A stretch of DNA of 64,000 nt, from assembly GCA_041664365.1 (NCBI GenBank), contig JBAYKW010000001.1, forward strand, positions 244,465 to 308,464, written 5' to 3'. Source of the DNA: Patescibacteria group bacterium. GTDB taxonomy: Bacteria > Patescibacteriota > Patescibacteriia > UM-FILTER-42-10. A program made the position numbers and the translations under genes. Positions within the stretch are counted from its first letter, which is position 1; each line of letters begins with the position of its first letter. The notes beneath the pieces are model-generated. The model was not told the origin of the DNA, searched no databases, and saw only the letters and a list, made by a program, of their open reading frames with translations. Positions 56,846 through 64,000 of this stretch are shown here, in pieces.

Positions 56846-57389
56846 CTTCACATCACCCGCTCAAAGAGTGGAAAATCAATTTCAGAAAAACTACAAGCTA
56901 GTTCAATTTTTGGTTTTGATCACAATTGTCATATTGCTGATTATTGTTTCGTTTTTATATTTTTCTCAGATGATTCTTCAGAATAAGCTAGATAAACTGA
57001 CTCTAGAGACCGTTGCCATTAAAGAACAAACAGAGAGCAATGAATCGCTAAATCTCGGTCAGTCCGTAATCAGTTTTAATTCGCTTGTCCAAAATGTATC
57101 TAGTATCCAGCTGGAGTATATATTATGGTCGGATATTTTTATCGAAATCGGCAATAGAATCTCTGATGGCGTTGTATTGTCCTCCCTTTCAATACAAAAA
57201 TCTAACGGAACGTTTCAAATTTCAGGGACGGCCGAAACTAGAGATTCTCTACTGTCATTCAAGAATAATTTAGAGATATCTCCATTTTTTGAGAATATTG
57301 ATTCTCCAATATCAAATTTATTGTCAAAAGAAAATATATCTTTTACGTTGAGTGGAAGAGTAATACTTAATCCTCAAAACGCCGAATAA
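56832..57389 (+). CDS. pilN: PilN-like protein
   Basis: MINLN N-terminus, TM, coiled coil, ISG.A, F...LE.SPFF. Confidence 0.8.
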   Translation: MINLNFTSPAQRVENQFQKNYKLVQFLVLITIVILLIIVSFLYFSQMILQNKLDKLTLETVAIKEQTESNESLNLGQSVISFNSLVQNVSSIQLEYILWSDIFIEIGNRISDGVVLSSLSIQKSNGTFQISGTAETRDSLLSFKNNLEISPFFENIDSPISNLLSKENISFTLSGRVILNPQNAE

Positions 57390-57393
57390 CAAA

Positions 57394-57939
57394 ATGAAAT
57401 TAACTCCAAAAATTAAACTTTTGATTATTTCCATATTAGGCATTGCTGCGGTATTTTTAATAATTAATTTTACAGTAATACCACAGCAAAAAAAGATTAT
57501 CTCTCTTGGTAATGATATCTATGATCAAAGAGTTAATTATGAATTTATCACACAGCAAAGACATGACCTAGTCCGATTAGAAAGACAAATTAAGGAAATC
57601 GGTTCAAATAACGACCTGGTATCTTCATCACTTTTTTCTCAACAGGACACATTAGAACTCATTACCATACTTGAAAACGTCGCTAAAAAGTATGAGATTA
57701 GTGATCAACTTCTAAATTTATCCAATCCAGTTGTCCAGGAATCTGGATTATATATGAGCACATTAAACATTGCTTTCAATACATCTTATTCTAATATTAT
57801 CAACTGGACAAAATCAATCGAACAAGAACCCTTCTATTTACTGATTGATTCAGTCTCTCTTTCAAGTCAAAAAACATCACAGGCAACTCAAAGTGAACAA
57901 ATCAGCATTCAAATATCCGCTAGAGTTTACTGGCAATAA
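57394..57939 (+). CDS. pilO: PilO-like protein
   Basis: TM, coiled coil and ferredoxin-like C-terminus; follows pilN. Confidence 0.7.
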   Translation: MKLTPKIKLLIISILGIAAVFLIINFTVIPQQKKIISLGNDIYDQRVNYEFITQQRHDLVRLERQIKEIGSNNDLVSSSLFSQQDTLELITILENVAKKYEISDQLLNLSNPVVQESGLYMSTLNIAFNTSYSNIINWTKSIEQEPFYLLIDSVSLSSQKTSQATQSEQISIQISARVYWQ

Positions 57940-57940
57940 T

Positions 57941-58228
57941 ATGAAAATGAAATCAACAATTCCAATCGACAAATACTACGGCTATATAAAAAGAAACAGC
58001 AATAAAGCCATCTATATTGCAATTATCGGTTACGCTATGTATATTTTATTTTTTTTATACCAAAACGTCTTTATACCATTTTACGACCGGACACTGATTG
58101 ATCCCGCCTTAGTGCTTAGAAAAAAAGAGGTAATCAATCAGACTCTCTTTGAACAAGTTATAAATAATTCTAAAGAAAAAACAAAACTAAAAAATCCAGT
58201 TGACAGTTCCGAGCTGAATCCTTTTTAG
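57941..58228 (+). CDS. small single-TM protein (PilP position)
   Basis: ATG at 57941 directly after the pilO stop; one TM; ends NPF. Confidence 0.65.
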   Translation: MKMKSTIPIDKYYGYIKRNSNKAIYIAIIGYAMYILFFLYQNVFIPFYDRTLIDPALVLRKKEVINQTLFEQVINNSKEKTKLKNPVDSSELNPF

Positions 58229-58232
58229 TGAA

Positions 58233-59417
58233 TTACTTTTTTATTATCGCGATACAACTCACATAGGCTTTTATAAATGCAATCATTTCAGCTTTTGTTG
58301 TTGTCCTGCCGATTGTTACACGGACTCCTTCTCGGAGTCTAGTTTTATTGATACCCATTTCACGAAGCACCTTTGATGGTTCCGCAGCACCCACTGTACA
58401 GGCTGACCCGGTTGAAACAGAAATATTAAACTTATTGTCCATCAGGAACATAATGTCGTTTCCGTCCACTCCATCCACTCGTAAATGAAGATTGTTTGGG
58501 ATTCTTAAATCCCCCACTTCACCTGATATTTGAGCTTCCGGCAAAAAGTGCATAATTTCCGTAAATGCCCAGTCTCGAAGTTTTGACATTCTTTTTTTAT
58601 CACCTACTCCCCTTCTTATACATAGTTCACTTGCCTTTCCGAATCCGACAATTGACGGAACATCCAGCGTGCCCGCACGAAGCCCGGACTCCTGATCTCC
58701 TCCGGTTTGGATCCCCATAATTGGTGTTCCTGATTTTATATATAAACAACCCACTCCCTTCGGTCCGTATATTTTGTGTCCGGAGGCCGAAAGTAAATCT
58801 ACATGGAGATGTTTTACATCACAATTCAAAGATCCTACTGCTTGTACTGCATCCGTATGAAATGTAATGGGAGTTTTTCGCTGTAAATTTAATTTTGTCA
58901 CAAATTTACCTATCTCTCTTACAGGCTGGATTGTACCGATTTCATTATTCACGTACATTACTGATATGAGCGCCGTATTTTCAGATACTAATTCGCTTAA
59001 TTTACTGACGTCTACAATTCCATTATTTTTAACCGGCAAGTATTTCACAACGACACCTTGCCTTTCAAGATCTCGACAAGTATTCAGAACGGACGGATGT
59101 TCAATCTTTGTTGTTATTATTTCAGGTATTTTTAAAACTTTTTGATACTTTTTTATTACTCCACGGATGGCGAGATTGTTGCTTTCCGTGGCACCGGAAG
59201 TAAACACAATTTCTTCTGATTCAGAGTTGAATAATTCAGCAGTTTTATCTCGCGCGGAATCTACCGCAAGCAGCGCCTCTCTGCCAGTTTCATGCGGACT
59301 ATTCGGGTTGCCGAACTTTTCACTAAAATACGGTTGCATCTCCCTCAGAACCAGTGGGTCCATCGGTGTAGTAGCCGCAAAATCAAGATATATTCTATTT
59401 TTTTTCGGTAGATTCAT
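58233..59417 (-). CDS. iscS: cysteine desulfurase (IscS/NifS)
   Basis: IYLDFAATTP, FTSGATESNN, EHPSV, NNEIG, HTDAVQ, SGHKIYGPKG, STGSAC. Confidence 0.95.
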   Translation of the reverse strand: MNLPKKNRIYLDFAATTPMDPLVLREMQPYFSEKFGNPNSPHETGREALLAVDSARDKTAELFNSESEEIVFTSGATESNNLAIRGVIKKYQKVLKIPEIITTKIEHPSVLNTCRDLERQGVVVKYLPVKNNGIVDVSKLSELVSENTALISVMYVNNEIGTIQPVREIGKFVTKLNLQRKTPITFHTDAVQAVGSLNCDVKHLHVDLLSASGHKIYGPKGVGCLYIKSGTPIMGIQTGGDQESGLRAGTLDVPSIVGFGKASELCIRRGVGDKKRMSKLRDWAFTEIMHFLPEAQISGEVGDLRIPNNLHLRVDGVDGNDIMFLMDNKFNISVSTGSACTVGAAEPSKVLREMGINKTRLREGVRVTIGRTTTKAEMIAFIKAYVSCIAIIKK

Positions 59418-59487
59418 ATTTTTATTGATACAGATAAAATATCTTTTTATAGCCTATGTGTCAATTTGTACGACTTTTTCAATTTTA

Positions 59488-59496
59488 TGGTATAAT
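59488..59496 (+). promoter_or_regulatory. extended -10 promoter of the minor-pilin operon
   Basis: TGG-TATAAT, 8 nt before ATG at 59505; divergent TTGACA for iscS at 59459-59464. Confidence 0.55.
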
Positions 59497-59504
59497 ATAA
59501 TTCA

Positions 59505-61706
59505 ATGTATAAAGCGAAAATAAAGAATAAGCACCAAAGGGGTTTCTCGTTAATAGAGCTTTTGGTTGTGATAGGAATATTCGCTACTTCCGGTATTTTT
59601 GTTATTTCCGGATTAGACAAAGGGATACAGGCGCTGGCCGTATCTAGATCGAGGGTTACAGCAACTGAAATTGCAAATGAAAAACTGGAAATCATCAGAA
59701 ACATGCCATATTCAGATGTCGGGACCACCACAGGCTGGCCGGTTGGTGACATACTGTCATATGAACTGCGTAACCAGAATAGTTTTGAGTTTATAGTTGA
59801 AACCCGCATTGATTATTTTGATGATCCGTTTGACGGGAATGCTGCCGGTACAATTGTTGGAAAACCACAAGATACGACTCCAAATGATTATAAGAAAGCT
59901 GAAGTAAGCGTAAGATGGAACAGACCGGCTGTTGACGCAGTCCTTCTGTCAACTTTTATTTCACCAAAAGGACTAGAGTCTGCGGATAACACAGGATCGC
60001 TTTTAATCCAAGTTTTTAATGCGTCCGGTCAGCCGGTCCCGCAAGCAACAGTCCATATTACCAACAATACAATCAATCCTTGGATTGACATAACGAATAC
60101 AACGGATAATTCCGGTAACTTGCAGGTCCTGAGTTTGCCTCCGAGCATCGAAGGTTATCATGTGGAAGTGACAAAAGATGGTTACAGCCTAGATTCTACC
60201 CATGCTGTTGATCTTGTTAGCCTTCCTCATCCAACCAAACCGGACCTTACAATCGTAACAGAGGATGTAACTGAAGTAAGTTTTGCAATTGATCTTGTAA
60301 GTTCACTTATGATCAATACTGTAAATGACACCTGTGAACCGATACCGAATATTTCACTTTCAATCTGGGGAGAGAAACTGATCGGAACCGATCCGGATAA
60401 TTTGAAATATTCTTCAGAACCACCGACTAACGGATCCGGAACCCTGCTTTTATCAAATTTAGAATGGGATAATTACACTCTACTTGAAACATCAACTGCC
60501 TATGATATTGCGGGAATAATTCCGCCTGTACTGCTTAATATTCTGCCAAATACATCGCAAACAACTTCATTTGTATTAGCTGATCATACTACAAATTCCC
60601 TGAGGGTTTCCGTAAAAGACGCCGGGACTGATGTTGCATTAACTTCCGCGAATGTGCGATTGACCAAAGTTGGTTATGACGAGTCAAAACTTACGGGAAT
60701 TGGATTCTTTTTGCAAAACGAATGGTCAGGGGGGCCGGGACAAGCAGATTATACCGATATGACAAAATATGACGATGATTCCGGAACGATTGATACAAAT
60801 TCAACTTCAGGCAGTATTACACTAAAATCCTCTGAATTATCCGGCAATTTCTATGATAGTATTGCAAATAGCAACAACAAAGACGCATTAGCGACCACCG
60901 CTGATTGGAATACGAGTATGCAACAGATACAGCTTGCTGATAATTCCGGAGAATACATGCTGACAGGCGTCGGTCAAACGATAAAACTTAATTCTGAACT
61001 AGGCAGATTAACCAAAGCAAAAATAACTGTTAACGAATCATTAAACGGGCAATCAATTTCATATTTCTTGTCAGCAAACGGCGGTGTAAATTTTGAGCCG
61101 GTCACAGCAGATGTTGATCATGAATTTATAACAGCTGGCGACAGTTTAATATTCAGAGCTGAACTTTCTACAACAGATCCACAGGTTACGCCGGTTATTC
61201 AGGATATTTCAGTATCCTACACTTTAGAATCATTCCAACCAGAAGGATACCTTACATCATCATCATTTAATACAGGTACTAGCAGCACCTTTGGCACATT
61301 AACCTGGATTCCTTTCTCGCAACAAGCAGAGACGGGCCCGGATAGTGTTGCGATACAAATCGCATCAAATACTGATAATACAACCTGGAATTTTATCGGT
61401 CCGGATGGAACAAGCGGGAGTTACTATACCACAAGCGGAACTCAAATTCACGAAAGCCACAACGATGACCAGTATATAAAATATAAAATTTATCTGTCCA
61501 CAGATGATGTTTCATATTCGCCGGTTATATCCAGTATTCAACTCGGCTATACATCGGCATGTGTACCGCCCGGTCAAGTATTTTTCAGCGATCTAAGCGC
61601 CAGTACATATTCGATAGATATTTCTCTGGCCGGCTATGAAACTATGAATACATCCGTCACAGTAAACGGTACAACGCAAGCAGAGTATTTTCTTAACCAA
61701 TTGTAA
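59505..61706 (+). CDS. large type IV pilin-like protein with carboxypeptidase-regulatory-like/Ig domains
   Basis: Prepilin site QRG/FSLIE, repeated V.V...G.P...A.V.I...T...G...Y.V...K.GY modules, Ser/Thr-rich. Confidence 0.85.
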   Translation: MYKAKIKNKHQRGFSLIELLVVIGIFATSGIFVISGLDKGIQALAVSRSRVTATEIANEKLEIIRNMPYSDVGTTTGWPVGDILSYELRNQNSFEFIVETRIDYFDDPFDGNAAGTIVGKPQDTTPNDYKKAEVSVRWNRPAVDAVLLSTFISPKGLESADNTGSLLIQVFNASGQPVPQATVHITNNTINPWIDITNTTDNSGNLQVLSLPPSIEGYHVEVTKDGYSLDSTHAVDLVSLPHPTKPDLTIVTEDVTEVSFAIDLVSSLMINTVNDTCEPIPNISLSIWGEKLIGTDPDNLKYSSEPPTNGSGTLLLSNLEWDNYTLLETSTAYDIAGIIPPVLLNILPNTSQTTSFVLADHTTNSLRVSVKDAGTDVALTSANVRLTKVGYDESKLTGIGFFLQNEWSGGPGQADYTDMTKYDDDSGTIDTNSTSGSITLKSSELSGNFYDSIANSNNKDALATTADWNTSMQQIQLADNSGEYMLTGVGQTIKLNSELGRLTKAKITVNESLNGQSISYFLSANGGVNFEPVTADVDHEFITAGDSLIFRAELSTTDPQVTPVIQDISVSYTLESFQPEGYLTSSSFNTGTSSTFGTLTWIPFSQQAETGPDSVAIQIASNTDNTTWNFIGPDGTSGSYYTTSGTQIHESHNDDQYIKYKIYLSTDDVSYSPVISSIQLGYTSACVPPGQVFFSDLSASTYSIDISLAGYETMNTSVTVNGTTQAEYFLNQL

Positions 61707-62300
61707 ATGAAGTATAAAAAAAACATAAAGAATTACGGATTTACCTTAATTGAAATCATCATTGTTCTTGGTATTATGGGTATTCTGACATCGATAATTT
61801 ATCAATTTGTCGTGCAGGGTAATGATTTGTTTAATCAGTCACGTGACCAAGCATTGGCACAGGATACATCAAGAAAAGTTATGAAATCCATTGCGAAAGA
61901 ATTGCGGGAAGCACAAAACGCCGACACTGGCGCATACCTCCTGGCCAGCGCTGACGAACGGTCAATTATCTTCTATTCCAATATTGACTCCGATGAAAGC
62001 AGAGAACGTTTAAGATATTTCCTTTCCGGTTCAAGCTTTCAAAAAGGCATTATAAATCCGCCGAGCACCAGTGAGACCGTCACCACTATTGTCAACAATA
62101 TTGTAGATACAGGGCCCATTTTCACTTATTTTGATGAAAATTACACCGGTACAGGAAGTCCACTAACCCATCCGATAAACCTTGCGGATGTACGTTTAGT
62201 TCATATGAAATTTAGCGTTGATATTGATCTCAATCAACCACCTCCTCCAATATCAATAGAAACAAGTATTATGATAAGAAATCTTAAAACCAATTTTTAA
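61707..62300 (+). CDS. minor pilin (PilW-like)
   Basis: G/FTLIE prepilin motif, ELREA, C-terminal RNL. Confidence 0.88.
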   Translation: MKYKKNIKNYGFTLIEIIIVLGIMGILTSIIYQFVVQGNDLFNQSRDQALAQDTSRKVMKSIAKELREAQNADTGAYLLASADERSIIFYSNIDSDESRERLRYFLSGSSFQKGIINPPSTSETVTTIVNNIVDTGPIFTYFDENYTGTGSPLTHPINLADVRLVHMKFSVDIDLNQPPPPISIETSIMIRNLKTNF

Positions 62301-62316
62301 TTCAGTAAAAAGACAC

Positions 62317-63786
62317 ATGTACCAATCTGATAGCAAATATAAAAATAGTTCCGGTTTTGCCCTCGTCATGCTTTTAGTCTTTTCGAGCATATTCCTAATT
62401 CTTATCGTTGCCGCCTCATCATACGTTGTCAGTCAGGCAAAAATTACAAACTCAAAAATCAGAGAGCAAAAAACATTTGAGATTGCCGAGGCTGGTGTTA
62501 ATTATTACCGGTGGCATTTGGCACATGTTACGGATGATTTCACGGATGATACAGGACATGCGGGTCCGTATATTCATGATTATCGCGACATTAATGGAAA
62601 TGTAATTGGCCAGTATTCATTAAATATCATCCCACCCGCCAGCGGTTCAACAATTGTGACAATCGAATCCACGGGGTATTTAACCGAAAGCCCTGATATT
62701 AAAAGAACTGTTTCGCTTAAGCTAGGCAATCCGGCATTTTCTAGTTTTGCCGTTGTTGCCAACGACGAAATGCGTTTTGGTGAAGGCACGGAAATATGGG
62801 GGCCGGTACACTCCAATGACGGTATTCGATTTGACGGCTTGGCGCACAATGTTATTTCGTCAACAAGGGATCAGTATGACGATCCGGATCATTCGGGTGC
62901 GCAAGAGTTCGGCGTACATACCCACAGATCCCCCGTTGACCCCCTACCACCATCTGCTGTTCCGGTCCGTTCGGATATTTTTGGCGCCGGTCGTGTATTC
63001 CCGGTCGCACCTGTGAATTTCGACGGAATAACGGTTGATTTAGCAGATTTAAAAGCAAAAGCGATTGCCAACGGCATCTATCTAGGCGCATCCGGAGCAC
63101 AAGGATATCATATAAAATTTAATGCAAACGACACAGTCGATATTACGCGTGTTACATCACAAAGCCAGTGCAGTTACCGATGGTTTTTCTGGTGGTATAA
63201 CTATTCGGATATGTGGTCAATCGGCAATCAGAGCCAGTTTACCTATAAAGGTCAAAGTTCAATTGGACTGCCAATGCCGACGAATCAGATTATTTTTATT
63301 GAAGATGATGTCTGGATAGACGGACAGATTAATGGCCAGCGTGTTACAGTTGCCGCAGCCAGAGAACCGCTTGCGTCTGCAGATGCGACAATTATAGTAA
63401 ATAATGATTTAAAGTATACAAACTATGACGGTACGGATGTAATCGGTTTAATAGCACAAACTGACATTTCGGTTGGGTTCTACAGTGAAGATAACCTGCG
63501 TATTGATGCGGCCGTTATAGCGCAAAATGGCCGTGTAGGACGATATTACTATGCGGACCGGTCTGGATATACCCAAAATCCCGCTGGATGCGCAAATAAC
63601 GTATATCGTGATACGCTTACGCTTTTTGGATCACTTGCCACAAATCAACGCTATGGATTTGCCTACACAGACGGCACCGGTTATGAGTTTAGAAATTTAG
63701 ATTTTGATTCCAATCTTTATTTCGCACCCCCGCCTAATTTCCCGACATTAGGTGAATACTCAATTATTTCCTGGGAAGAAAAATAA
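62317..63786 (+). CDS. PilX-like minor pilin
   Basis: G/FALVM lacking E5, IAEAGV.Y, IESTG, C-terminal PP.FP...ISWEE. Confidence 0.82.
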   Translation: MYQSDSKYKNSSGFALVMLLVFSSIFLILIVAASSYVVSQAKITNSKIREQKTFEIAEAGVNYYRWHLAHVTDDFTDDTGHAGPYIHDYRDINGNVIGQYSLNIIPPASGSTIVTIESTGYLTESPDIKRTVSLKLGNPAFSSFAVVANDEMRFGEGTEIWGPVHSNDGIRFDGLAHNVISSTRDQYDDPDHSGAQEFGVHTHRSPVDPLPPSAVPVRSDIFGAGRVFPVAPVNFDGITVDLADLKAKAIANGIYLGASGAQGYHIKFNANDTVDITRVTSQSQCSYRWFFWWYNYSDMWSIGNQSQFTYKGQSSIGLPMPTNQIIFIEDDVWIDGQINGQRVTVAAAREPLASADATIIVNNDLKYTNYDGTDVIGLIAQTDISVGFYSEDNLRIDAAVIAQNGRVGRYYYADRSGYTQNPAGCANNVYRDTLTLFGSLATNQRYGFAYTDGTGYEFRNLDFDSNLYFAPPPNFPTLGEYSIISWEEK

Positions 63787-63788
63787 AT

Positions 63789-64000
63789 ATGAAAATTATA
63801 AAAGCAATTACCATTCCTTCAATATTTATTACTCTGTTTACGATAACTGGATTTTTATTTATTAATTTGTTTTTTATCATTCAGGTGAATGGAGAAGAGA
63901 TTCAAGTAAATCTGCATAATCCGCAAGATGGCGCATTATTAAGTGGTAACATCCTCGCCAGCGCCGAAACTAATTCTCCCGCAGCTAAGGTTGAGTTCTA
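63789..64000 (+). CDS. partial secreted Ig-like domain protein
   Basis: MKIIK plus hydrophobic signal, then V.L.NP.DG..LSG.I...A......KVEF; runs off the window. Confidence 0.6.
   Translation, partial: MKIIKAITIPSIFITLFTITGFLFINLFFIIQVNGEEIQVNLHNPQDGALLSGNILASAETNSPAAKVEF

Noticed and set aside
1-64000. CRISPR array, rRNA, tRNA, IS/transposase or prophage
   Set aside because: No regularly spaced repeats, cloverleafs or mobile-element genes were seen, and intergenic gaps are short and mostly explained.

Overview
AT-rich, gene-dense bacterial chromosome segment read in standard code 11, with most genes on the minus strand. Gene content points to a Patescibacteria/CPR (Parcubacteria-like) genome; this is inference from truncated RpoA/AlaRS/L13, a TraD/VirD4-like ATPase pair, a sigma-region-4/HARE-HTH protein, a type IV pilus operon and many glycosyltransferases. 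In order, the window holds: a surface-glycan cluster; DUF2207/ABC/HAMP-sensor/nuclease/UPF0182 genes; a probable compact 6S RNA and dus; a flippase/GT cluster; a detached infA-rpmJ-rpsM-rpsK-rpsD-rpoA-rplQ-rplM-rpsI operon; alaS and mnmA; secDF; two FG-GAP/L,D-transpeptidases; secA; a mur/ftsW/mraY cluster; and pil genes with an inverted iscS. The most notable candidate system is an Elp3 (radical SAM-KAT) gene and a Trm9/ALKBH8-like methyltransferase gene whose start codons abut back-to-back (CAT|ATG). With mnmA and iscS in the same window, this suggests eukaryote/archaea-type mcm5(s2)U34 tRNA modification in a bacterium. Other highlights are a circularly permuted parvulin inserted in SecD, a miniature 6S-like RNA, two structured 5' leaders and recurrent leaderless promoters. 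No CRISPR array, tRNA, rRNA or mobile element was seen. All family calls come from motif recognition by eye, not from database searches.
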